NCBI GenBank assembly: GCA_900088475.1
Contig: FLMG01000683.1
Span: 54,370 to 118,369 of the forward strand
Source: Hyphochytrium catenoides
Taxonomy: Eukaryota > Protista > Hyphochytriomycota
Length of the DNA stretch: 64,000 nt
Direction: 5' to 3'
In this document: piece after piece, positions 1-12,096 of the stretch
How positions within the stretch are numbered: position 1 is the first letter of the stretch
Layout of the letters: each line of letters opens with the position of its first letter
The notes under the pieces: model-generated
What the model saw: only the letters and a program-made list of their open reading frames with translations
Told to the model about the DNA's origin: nothing
Database searches by the model: none
Made by a program: the position numbers and the translations under genes

Positions 1-3000
1 TTACAACAACTGCATCAAAGAGAAAGGGCTCCCTGTTGCCGTGAACGCGGTGGATGCACTCAGCCTCTTCCAGAGCAAAATTCAGTCCCTTTGGAGTCTT
101 GGTGTCTTTAGGAATCTTAGAGAGCTTTCGATTATCCAGCACTCCGCGGTCAATAGTTTGATTGGTAAGCGGCTGTCACCACAGTCCCCGCATCTCGTCT
201 ATCTCATACTCCTTCTACTGTCTCTCCCTCTATTCATCTTCTCTCTCTCTCTCTCTTGGCCTCGCATGCGTAAGCTATGTCTCTCGTTTGACAAGTCCGT
301 CTCGGCGCGCTTTCTTGCCGTCGAATTCTCTCTTACTATATGTAGACGACCCTGTTTATCTCTTTGTTCCCCTATTCCTTCTTTCTATATCTTCTGTATG
401 CGCAGGTAGCTCTGTATGTCCTCGCCCATCTCTCTCTCTCTCCTTTCATTCCTTGCCCTCTTCCTCAATACTCTTCACTTCTTCTTACATACCGCTATAT
501 ATCTGTATACCATAGGTCTCCAGCACTGCAAGGCACTGGAAAAACTCTGGGTCTCTGAGTGCTCTATAACCTCGATTGATTATATTGCTGAATGTGAGAA
601 CCTAACGCATGTGGATCTGAGCTGCAACGCCATAGAGAAGATTAAAGGAATAGAAAGACTGAGCAAACTGGAGTCACTCTGGCTGAACGAGAACCGTATT
701 AACACTATTGAGGTGGGTGAGAAGCGACCACAAGCCAAGCTGGATCCAATAGAAAGAGCCAGAGGATGGATGAAAAGAGAGAACGATGGGCTGAAAAAGA
801 GAGGGAGGGAGAGCAAGAGACAGAGAGAATGAGAGGGGGCGAGAGAGAGCAGCAGGAAGGAGACTCCCCTCCTCGCCCAAAAGTGTACGTCCTCTGTTCT
901 TGCACGATCAAGGGTTATCTAGGCAGAAGACTTCGCTGTCCAATGCCGGCATCACAATGCACTCTCGGGTTTTTTATTTCCGACCACCTCTACCCTGCCT
1001 GTGACCGCCCTCGCTTATGATCTGGACCTCCTGTCTGTTTTCCTATGCCAGGGCCTTGCAAGTCTGAAGTCTCTGAAGTCTCTATACTTGGCTCGTAATA
1101 GTATTAAGACGATTGGGGATGGTCTAAGCAAGAATGAAGCCCTGAGAGAGCTAAATCTCTCCGATAACTTGCTTTGGAGCTTTTCAGATATCGCCAAGCT
1201 CCGGCGACTACCGAGCTTAAGAATCCTCTCCCTTGCTGATCCGCACTTTGGTGCCAACCCTATCTGCTCCATCAACAACTACAGAGTAAGTGGTCACATC
1301 TGCTGCCTAAGTGGTCAAGCAACGCATGGAGGATTGATATAAGACAGGACTAGCCGTAGTACGAGCGAGTGTTTGCGGGAAATGAGAGAGCTGGCATAGG
1401 TGCGGAATCACGCTTACCACGGCTTGTTTTTCGAGAGGGACTGCACCTTAGTCCTGTGGGCCTCTGGCTGTTAGCTAACTCATGTCTTGTCCAGCTGTCG
1501 ATGGTGAATTCTTTCCCGTATCTTCAGTACCTAGACGCTAGGAGAGTGGACGATGAGGAGATGAAAGGCGGAGAGGCTACGCTTGCGAGAAAACGGATGT
1601 ACTATAACATGAAGATGAAGGCGTTAGAGGGGCGCGCAGCAGCCATCACACAGCAGGCAGAGGTTAGACAAGCCTCCATTGAACATATCCATTCCTACTT
1701 ACGTATATCTCCGCCTTCTTTCCTGGCCTTCACTCTCGTAGAGGCTTTGTCAGGGCGTAGAAAGTGCTATTGACAATTACGTCTTCGCGCTAGAAGAGAA
1801 GCGTCATATACTTCGTTTCCTGCAGAGTCAGAAGGAAAAGCTTCAGATCACCGCTGCCGATGGAGCAATAATCGAGGCAAGTTGCCTCATGGAGCTTGAC
1901 TGTGCCCACATAAGAGCTTTCGCTCTCTGTCTTTCTCCCTTCTCTTTCTCTTGCCCTTATCTCTGCACTTACGTCCTAGTCGACGTCTAGGTTACACCCC
2001 CTCCCCTTCCTGGAGCTCCCATGTTCCGGTCGTCAATGTCTCAAGATTACCCCTTTCCGCCCATTTAGCTACCTTTCTTATTGTCACACACGTAACATCC
2101 TGCCTATGTATTGCTGCAAGAGTCCCCATGTGTTGCTCGATCTTGCTGCGCTGAGGTTGAGGTCTTATGAGCTTGTTACCTTTCCAGGGTGAAGCAGCCC
2201 ACGTTTCTCTCGCGTCCTCGCTACAGCAGCTTCAATTAAGGAGGAATGATGTGCGGGAGCGTTGCAAAGCGACTACCGCTGAGGTTCAAGGTGCCCTGGA
2301 GTGGAAGCTTAAGCTGCTGACCAGAGAACTAGAGACCTGTGGAAACGTGAAGCTCAGCTATCTCGAACCGAGTGACGAAGGCCACAGGTCAGGGCAATGC
2401 GTGGCTGAGGAGGAAAGGGAAAAGGCAATAAGGAATGCAAGGAGAGAGAAGATCCAATAGAAGAAGGAGAAGAGGGGGTCTGACTAGGTAGTCAAAGAAG
2501 GAGGTGTAAGGCTAGAGTACCGACGAAGGGCAACGATCAGTTGGTGGTTGACCAACTCCCGTGTCCTCTTTTTAGGTCCGCGTCAGAGCTGCTTCTCTCT
2601 AGCTTCAAGCCTGCAGACTTCAAAGACTATGGAATTGTAGGCGTCAGGGTACGTACGCGAGAGAGTCGATTGGGAACGAGAGGGCTAATCTTTCTTCTTT
2701 GGCCTAACTTCGGCAGGGACGAGGGTTGCATTTCTTTCCTTCCAGACCCTTCGTACTTATCCGTTCCCTGTTGTCTACCTGTCGACTTATATACTCCTCT
2801 GTCTCTCCGTCTCTCTCTACCTTGAGCTTTGACTTGCTTGCTCTCTCCACCAATGTATACGCTCCATTTAACTTCCATCGGTCCCCTGTCGGCTATATAG
2901 GTGATTGCGGTCTGCCAGTTTACGAACACATTTCTGAAGCTTCGATCCGAATCGCAGAGCGTCAAAAGTCAGCGAGCAGACGATGAGAGGAGACCGGCAG

Positions 3001-3094
3001 CTGGGAAGAGTTGTTCGGAAGAGGAAAAAGGTAAGGAAAAAACTTGACTATTGGACGAAGAGGCAGAAGAGAGATGGAAGCAGCCAGCATTCTC

Positions 3095-3131
<37 letters not shown>

Positions 3132-6100
3132 CTCTCTCTCTTTCTTGACCTTGCGTTGTGGCTCTCTATAATCCAGCAGCCGTCACCGAGGGTGGCAAGG
3201 GGGAGACACAGACCAAGCCATTGCCAGAGTCACGACTGTTTGTCATCCCCAAGACCGACGGAGGGAGACCTCTCCATTTTGAAGAGGTCTTGCTTAAGCT
3301 TCATCTCCCTTTGTGATTCCTGGCCGCCATCTATTATTTTTTATCTTCGCCTCTTCTCTTTCCCGTTCTCTTTCTGTCTCGCTATCGTCTGACCCACAGT
3401 TTGAGAAATATCAGTTCATTTTTCTTTCCAATCTTTGGCCTCTCTCTCTCTCCTTTGGACCTTCTATAATGCTCTCACCCTTTCCGGGGTATAGTTGCTG
3501 ACGATCACTTGTGTCCTAGCTGACTGATGTCTGGCCAGAGGGAATGAAAGTCTGCTGCAACTCCCTTAGTCCGCTTGATCTTCCCGAGCTCTTAGCACTT
3601 ATTGCCACCAAGGGGCTCAACGGTAGAAAACCGGTAAGAGGCATAGTAAATCGAGCGGCTCTCCTTTTCTTCCATGTCTCTTTCTTTCTCTTTGACACCT
3701 TACTATTGGACTGATTGCCTGCAGTGTTGCTTTACACTGTTTAGTACATCGACAGAAGATCTGTTTGACGTACGCCCTCCTTAACACACTCGCCCCTTCC
3801 TCTCTTCCTCTTCCTTCTTCCCTCTCTCACCACTCTCTCTGCCTATTCGTCATTTCCTCTGTTCCTCCTCCCATCTCAATCCGTCTTAGGTGGCTGAATG
3901 CAACTATGATTTGGAGAAGGTTGGTTGGGAGGGTCCTCCTCTATCTGACAGCACCATCAGGGTTGGGCTCCTAGGCCTACAGAAGGTACGTGGGGACAAG
4001 GTGGAGAAACATGGCACTCAGCTTATCAACGCCACTAATAACAATCCTCTCTTCTATGCTCGCTGGTTCCCGCTCTCCCTAATGTCTCTGTCTCTGTCTC
4101 GCTCTCTCTCTCTCGGTCGCACTCATCTTCTCTCTCTCTCTCTCCCTCGCACTCGTCTTTCCTCTCTCTACATAGATATATAGACCTATCTATCTATCCC
4201 CCTGCCTTTCCACACTGCCCATCGAGCACTAGATTATGTCCGTAGGGTTGAAGTGTGATGTGTCCTGAATATACTGCGCCTCTCTCGCGGCCCATCCTTT
4301 CCTATCTTACGCCACTATCTTACGCTAATAGAAGCCAATGGGTCTCTCTCTCTGCCTTTCTCGTAGGGAGACTGGTCCCTTCCTCTCCGAAGGCTGGTAG
4401 TCGCCAAGGTAGGACGTCTACTTGAGTGCGCTTGTTGCTTTGGTTGCCATCATAGCTCTATAGTCTTTACTCTCTATCTATCCCATAAGCTTACGCTTTG
4501 ATGCAGATGCAAAGTGAGGTGCCGGTTCTGCCTGCGGCTGGAAGGAAGAGCGCGGATCCCAAACAAGTTTATGTGACGGAGAAGCCTGTACGATTTTGAT
4601 CATACCTCTCCTCGTGTTGCTACTTCTTCCTTCCTCTTCTTTCCATCTACTCCTCATCACACTCCGTCTGTTTATCCAGCAACTTTCTCGTCTTCCTCTT
4701 GGTTTATCGCCATCATGGGTTCATCCTTAGGCTCGCATGGCTTATCTGGAGACGTCCTTCAGATTTTGATGACAGCACCTTCAAAGCTGATCTTTGAGCT
4801 TTCTGATCATGTCGTTCTTTTGCTCCCTTTAGTGCTCTATATGTCTCTGTCTCTCGATTAGCTTGTCTCAGGGCCTCACGCCGCCGTCTAAGGATTGACT
4901 TCTCACTTACGGAGAATTCTTCCCTGTTCTCTTAACCTCTTTTGCCCTCAGTCTGACCCTGAGCAGAAGAAGTGGACGGTAGGAGATGAGGTCTCTTTAG
5001 TGCCTGAGTTTATTATCGAGTATGAGTACGTTGTGGAAGACTCGTTCGCCATCAGACTTCCTCAGAAGGAAAGGGCCGACATAGGAGCCTCCGTGGAAGG
5101 AGAAAAGAACGGGAACAGCGAGGCCGGGGAGGAAATCACTGCAGATAACTGGGCTTCCAAGAGCGAGAAATCTCTTCTGTCTTTCTCTGGGCTACCGGGA
5201 GGTGGAGACGCCTCTTCATCGGAGCTGAGAACCCTCCTGGCGCCCCTTGTGAAGTTGAAGTTTGGCCTGCAGAACATGGGCTACCTCTCATCTCCCCAGG
5301 TCTGCCAGTCATCGTAAAAAGTTGCGCTTCGGCCATTCTCTGGCCTGTTGTCATCTCCCTTACCCTTGCCGCTTCACTCTCATCGCGCCATACATCCATT
5401 CCAATGTTTCTCTTGCGGTACGCTGTGCTCAGTTCCCATAGCTCATTCATCCCGCGTGTCCCCATCTTCTCCTCTTTCCCCGTGTACCTCTCTCCCCGTG
5501 TATATTCTTTTTTTCCTCCTCTCAATCTTCCCGTTCCTCAGTCCAAACTGGAACAACTGGCTCGTGGAGCGCTGGACAAGTTGTCGTGTCTCGGCATACC
5601 CAGAGATGCAATGCCTTCCCCTTCTCTAGAAAAGGCAGAGCTGCTGTTGCTGAATAACATGGAGACAGCGGAAGACTTAAGGGAGCTGGACATCAGTCAC
5701 TGCAGGTAAGGCCGGACGAGTATACAGATTCCATTATGTGGAGGAAGAGAGCGAGGGGTTGAGAAGCGTTATGCAGCAGTCTAGCGCAGAAGCAACAGGA
5801 CTCAGACTTACCAGGACCTCCTCCATCTCTGTTCGACCCCTCTTTCTCTTTCTTGCTCTCTCTATCCCCCCTCTCTTCTTCGTAGGGAACCCATGCTGCA
5901 CAAGCTGTCCCAGTTTCCCTTGCTGCAAACCTTACGAGCGCAGTTCTGCGGCCTATCTTCTCTCTCGTTCTCTTCTACCGCGTTATCGTCTTCCTTCGAC
6001 ATCTCCAACATCGCCTCTTTTCAAGGTCTTACCTCCCTTGACCTCTCCTTCAACCGCATCCTGAGGCTAGACAGGGAAACCTTTGAGGGGCTCTCGGTAC

Positions 6101-6771
6101 TGCGAGAGCTCACTCTTCAGCACAATCTCTTCGCTCATTGTGCAGGTATCAAAGACGGCATGGCAGTTTTCGCTGGTCTGCGGCTACTCGCTTTACATTG
6201 TGTTGCTTCCTCCAGAAAGCACAACATTGTTTCTCACAATGGCCAACTCTCTCTCCGATTGTGAATCAGATGTGACCACCATTGCTCCCGCTCTCCCGAA
6301 CCTCAAGTGCCTCGACCTTCGGATGAATCCAGTGTGTTCGGTAGGATTCCTCTTCCCCTCGCTTTGGCGTTCACTAGGCGCTCTCGCTAGCTCTTCCTCG
6401 TGCTGTCCCCTTGTAGCGTAATGTTCACCTAGACCCCGGAGTATTGGGCGTGTCATTGCTCCTCTGCCCTTTCACCTCGTCCGCTCTCCTTGTCACTAAG
6501 GGACTCTTAGAGTACTTTCTGTTACTGCTGCGTTAGGGTGTTCTTAGCAGGTTGTCGCCCCTCCGTTATCTTTGGAGACTCCCTAACAACTGACTTTCCT
6601 AGTCCCGAGCCTATCCCCGACCGTTGATCAAGGCCTTTCGGACTCTAAGTATGTTGGACGGACAAGACGTTCAAGAACGAGGAAGAGAGGACCTAGCTAC
6701 GGAGATCACCGTGGATTTGGTCCTCAAGCACTCCAAATGTATATAACATCTATACTGTCCTTTCTCTCTCT

Positions 6772-6807
<36 letters not shown>

Positions 6808-9800
6808 TGCCTTTCTCCTTTTCACTTCCATTGCTTCGCCTCTCTCGTTCTCTCTTCTTGATTATACAAAAATATACACGCGTGCCCACTCTCTTCCACC
6901 CTTTCTCAACTCCTGAATCCCACTCGACTTCACCATATCCTCTAAGACATTCTGCCATTATAGTTTATGAGGAGGATACGGCGGATACCTCTTCCCATGA
7001 CAAGGTAAGCAGCAGCCCGAGCGCGTCATGGAACCAGCCTTAATAAGTCTTCTTCCCTCGCTTGTTAGGCGGAGCTCTCTGCAGTTCTCTCTGTAAACCT
7101 TTCCAAGCTCCGCATCTCCCGGTTGGAGAGTCTTCCTTGTCTGCCTCGGGCCCAGAAGCTGCGACTCTCTTATAATGAGATCGAGGATATACCAGTCATT
7201 GCTACCTGCCAAGAACTGCAGGAGCTCTTCTTGGTAACTTTCTCTCTGCCATATATGCACCGTCTTGCCTTGCCTATTTTCTTCCCTTGTCTCTCGCTTC
7301 ACTCTCTTCCATTCCCTCTCTCTCTCTCCTAAACAGCTGTAGCATGGACAATGTCTTCTGCCGGTCCTTGTCTTCAATCCTCTTCTTCCATCATAGACCA
7401 TACATATCAAGACTCCTCTCTACTATGTTGTCACGTGTCGAATCTGCTCTCCTAGATCATTTCTGACCCTTCTGTGCACTCTATGTAGGATCACAATTCT
7501 CTTGAGTCTATCTCCGGCCTGCAGGTCTTTGAGAAGCTTCGTATTCTAGAGTTAGGGCACAACCGCCTGACGTCTCTCCTCTCCTTGCAGCCGCTCACCG
7601 CCCTTGTATCGGTAAGTCCGTCCTCCTCTTTTCTTGTTCCCCCTTTCTCTCTCTTTCGTCTCGTTCAGAAAGAACTCCTTCACTTCGCAGTGACCAAGAA
7701 GTTCTTCAATTCGCTTTACTGACACGCCATGTGCCTCGCTTCTGTCTTTGTTCTATGGAAACAGTTGAGCTTGGAGGACAACCATCTCTCTTCTCTCGCG
7801 GGCTTGCAGGCTCTGCTGAACTTGTCAGAGCTTTACCTGGCAAACAACAAGATATGTTCCTTGCAAGAAGTTCAGGTGCATAAATCTTGCCAATCGCTCT
7901 TCACTTCTCTGGCCATGACCTCGGTTGCTACATTGCTCACTTTCCTTGATGTGATGTAGTCCTAGCCCCTTATCTCCTCACAACCGTCCTGTTATACACC
8001 TCGCTTGGCTTTTTCTCTCGCAAACTTCCTCTGCCTCTCTCTCGTTGGGTCGCTTCTCTCCCGCTTTCTCTGTTATATGTTGTCTCTCTGCCTTCCTCTG
8101 TCGGCCTGTGACTCTTGAATCTGAACCATTCGCGGCCTTCAGCATCTCAAGGAGCTAAACAAGCTGTGCATCTTGGACCTGAGTGGCAATCCTCTGACAA
8201 GGGAAGAGAACTACCGCAGTTATTGTGTCTATTACCTTAAGAAACTCAAAGTCTTGGATTCCATAACTGTCACGTCAGAAGGTAGAGAAACTCGACTCCC
8301 CGCCGCTCCGCTCTCTCTTCTCGTACCCCTGGGACTACCGAGGACACTCTTCGCGTAAACCGCTCTTGTCTCTCTCATAATTTCCTCTGTTGCTCTGTTC
8401 CTCACTGTCTCTTTTCCGCCTGACTCTCTCTCTCACTCCCTGTCTGTCTGTGTGTGTGTCTCTCTCTCTCTGTCTATTTGTCTCTCTTCACCTGGTTCTT
8501 ACAGAGCAATGCGGTGCCCGAGAGCGGTACAGCGGGCGCCTCACTTTGGAGTGGCTTGGAGAATACCTTCCAGGTGTCACTTTATCTGGCCTTACCACGC
8601 TCAACCTCCAGAACTGCAAACTTAGGGAACTGGACAGCATCAAAGGGTAAATGGAGCCTGCCTCGGTTAACCATGCTTATCTCCTCCCTTTCTCTGCACG
8701 TTTGCACGATGAGTACCCTTAGGTCTAAGACAACATCTCCGTAGCTGGCCTTCAACTCTCCTTCACCTACCCAGTACAGATAGCTGTGTCCCTTCGTCTA
8801 TCGCGCTTTCCCTTCTCCTCTATTCTTCCAACTCTATCTCTTTTCATATGTTGCCTCTAGCACTCTCAAGCTCAGCCTTCAATGTAAAAAGGTTTCTCTT
8901 GCTAGCTTAGCGGCCAGATCTGAAGCATTTTCACGCTCACGCTCTCTTTCTCTCTCGCTCTCAGTGTACACTTTCCATCGCTGACCGCCTTGGATCTGAG
9001 CTATAACATGATCAGCGGAATAGATGCAGTGGAAGAGCTGAGCAACCTCTTGGTACAAGCGATTTCGTCCGCTTCTCTATTTTTATATCAGCTCCTGGCT
9101 CGTCTCTATCTCTGTCATCCTCCTGCCCGGTATCTGTTTGAGGATCTTTCGCTGTTTAATCCTTCCCCGCTGCGGAGCGCCCATACTATTGTTCATCCCT
9201 GACCAGCGCGCCGCTCCAGCTTCTGATGTGTGTCTTTCTCTCCTTGCCCTGCTTTTCGACACGATACACGATACAGGTGCTGAATCTCAGCCACAATTGG
9301 GTGGAAAGTCTCTTTCTCCCTCTGAGGGTAGATAGCACGCCTCCTCGTCCATCCTCTCCATCCTATCCCCGCACAGGGGTGGCGGCTTGTCCATCTCTCC
9401 GCTCTCTCTTTCTGTCGCATAATCAGATCATGGACGTAGCCGCGTTAGGGCTGTACTTTCTACCGGAGCTGGAGGTAAGAGAAAGACATGGGCACTGTGA
9501 GAAGAAGAGGCTCAGCACAGAGTTAAGGGCAACAGCCAAGGAAGAGCACCATTGAAATTAGCCTGTTCCTGCAGATATCCTCTCTTCATCTTCACTCTGT
9601 CTCGCAAACCCACTCTCTGAGGAAAGCCCTCTCTTCTTTTCTCGGCGAGAGAGTTCTCACTCTCTCGGGTCTTTCCCTTTATCCTCAGGTTCTGGTCCTA
9701 GACAACAACGAGATCTCTCGTGTAGATGGTCTCTATTGGTGCCGGAGTCTTCAGCACCTCAACCTAAACAGGAACAAGATTAAGACGATTGAGCCTCATT

Positions 9801-11251
9801 CCTTTGCCAACCTTCCAGTCCTTAGAGAACTGCAACTAGAGGAGAATGGGCTGAAGAGCCTGAGCAACATAAGTAACCTTCCTAAGCTGACCAGGATGAG
9901 CCTAGGAGGGAACCGGATTGCAGACTTCCAGGTAAGGGAAAGAGCACACTTAACAGGAAACTTGCTTGGGAGTGAAGAAGATAGATTGCGCAATGATAAA
10001 AGTATAGGACATAGGACAAGAGACCATAAATTGTACTGATCCACGTCGTCTCTCTCCCTCTTCTCTCTCTCTTTCCTTTGTCCCCTCCCCCCAAAACAAT
10101 TCTTTCCATGCGTCGGCTGTGGGGCCCTTTGGGTTTCCTAGGAGGTGGACAAGCTCTATTTCTTGCTCTCTCTCTCCTCCTTGAGTCTAGATCACAACCC
10201 TGTGGTCCGCAAGCCTACTTATCGAGCAACAATGGTAGAGCACTTTCCGTCTCTGGATGAGCTCGACGGAAGAAAGATAAGTGCGGAGGAGAAAGAAAGG
10301 GCTCACAGGCAGTATCAGGAGCAAGGCGGTGACAGCCGACAGGAGATTCCCGCGTAAGAGATGAAAGTGAATGGCCATTCTCTGGTCTACTCATCATCTC
10401 TAATGTTCTCACTTTCTTCGACTCGTTTATCGTTCCGCAGCATGATACCGAACCTCCATCAGGCTACAGCTGCAGCCATTGCCTCCATGGCTGGGATTCC
10501 CCTAGCGCCGTCCTTGCCGCCACCGGCGCCTACATCCTCGCCTACAAGAAAGTCAGGGCTATCGACTGATAAGGGTTCACAGGGACCAAAACAATCTAGT
10601 AAGCCACTCCATGGTAAAGGAACTAGTTATTCTCTTAGGCCTTTCCTCTCTTCTAGCTTTTAGTTCCCGTCACTTTTGGCTTCCAACCCACAGCCTCCAG
10701 CCTCCAGCAGCTCAATGACTCTATGTCGCTTTGCGGTTCTATGCCCACTTACACGGCATCTTTCCCCCTCTCTCTTCCCTCTCTCGGCATCCACTGATTC
10801 AGCTCTGGGGCCTTCCCTTTCAGCGTTCGGGGGATCTCGGTCCAATAATAATGAACGCGGCTACCTTCCGCGCGCTAAAGCGGCTGCAGAACCCTTTTCC
10901 CAGGCAGATCTCCCGCTATCCTCCCATCTTGTGCCACTGAGCGGGACAAGCGCTAGCGGTAGAGGGCCCAAGCCAGCCCTAATGACCAAGCAGATCCTCT
11001 CGCGGCCACAACTTCCTCTTTCAACAAAAAGGACGCAGCAAGCTCAAAGTCAATACTGGGGCAGAGGGCTTCTAATCTTAGATGACAGCAAATCTGCTGC
11101 GGCTCCGTCCTTCAAGTTCCAGGCTCGTAGACTGGAAAGAGAAAGCCCAGGATTGAGTCCGAAGCCTTCTTCTTTCTCTGGGAAGCTTAACTCAAAGCTT
11201 CAAGTTCAGAGCGCCCAGCTGTTCCAAAGGCCCAGAAAGAACAGCCTATGA
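1..11251 (+). CDS. LRRC9: Leucine-rich repeat protein, LRRC9-like (multi-exon, 5' end outside window)
   Basis: Many SDS22-type LRR exons (LEKLWVSEC, LTHVDLSCNAIEKIKGIERLSKLESLWLNENRI, LDLSGNPLTREENYRSYCVYYLKKLKVLDS, LDHNPVVRKPTYRATMVEHFPSLDELDG). Also RKRMYYNMKMK, ELETCGNVK and the central WTVGDEVSLVPEFIIEYEY, which match my recollection of LRRC9. GT-AG exons join in frame; stop TGA at 11249-11251. Confidence 0.85.
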
Positions 11252-11394
11252 ACGGATCCGCTTTATGTGTCCTCTCCTCCCCTTTCTCCGAACTCTTCTT
11301 CTTTCTCCCTTACGGATAAGGGCAACTAGGGAATCGGTGCATAGGTCTTATTTAATCTAATGGCGCTGGTGTCATAAGGAAATGATCCAGCTAC

Positions 11395-11671
11395 TTTCAA
11401 AGCAATGTGCGCAGCGACTCACGGTAGTGTATCCTTTCTTATATGACAGGTGGAAGGGATACCGCGCAAGTACAGACAGTTACCGCGCTATAAAAATGGC
11501 CTTGATGATCACCTACTCACGACATTCAGGATGGAGGGTCTTCGAGGCCTTTATCGGGGCACAATCTCACGTCTGCTCAAAAGGGCTCCGTCTTCCAGCA
11601 TTACCTTTCTTGTTTACAAGTGGATCGTCGCACTGCTTGTGGACCGGCGCTCGCCGCACGACTTTCATTAA
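11395..11671 (+). pseudogene. Orphan fragment of a mitochondrial carrier (SLC25) gene, last Solcar repeat only
   Basis: RYKNGLDDHLLTTFRMEGLRGLYRGTISRLLKRAPSSSITFLVYKW matches the carrier EGxxGLYRG...P...ITFxVYE pattern. A preceding TVVYPF lies in another frame. No upstream carrier exons are visible and it starts ~150 bp after the LRRC9 stop. Confidence 0.7.
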
Positions 11672-12096
11672 CGTGCGCTTGCTAGATTCATGAAAGAAGG
11701 CTAAGGGCGTGGTCCCGGCTGATAATAGTCAGTTAGGTCCTCCTTTATCAAGTCCAAACACGAGAGAAAAGACATTTCGTGAGTATCCCGCGTGTCTGGG
11801 CGGTGTTCCTTCTTAGACGGATCTATCGCCCTTTCTATCACTCGATCTCTGTAACAACCTATATATTTTTGATGATTATTGGTTGCAACGCTACTTCGTC
11901 GATTTCGCGGCGTTGCTCCAACCTCAACGAGAGTTGCACCAGCCTTAACCTTCTTCGTCTTGATCAGAAGGTCTGTGAACGCAGAAGGGCGATAGGTCGG
12001 AAGAGGATGTCTAGAACTGATGTCCTTGCTAGGGACTTCCTCGACATCGGGGACATCAGTTATCTGTCGTTGTGCTGTGTTTATATCTTGGTAATC

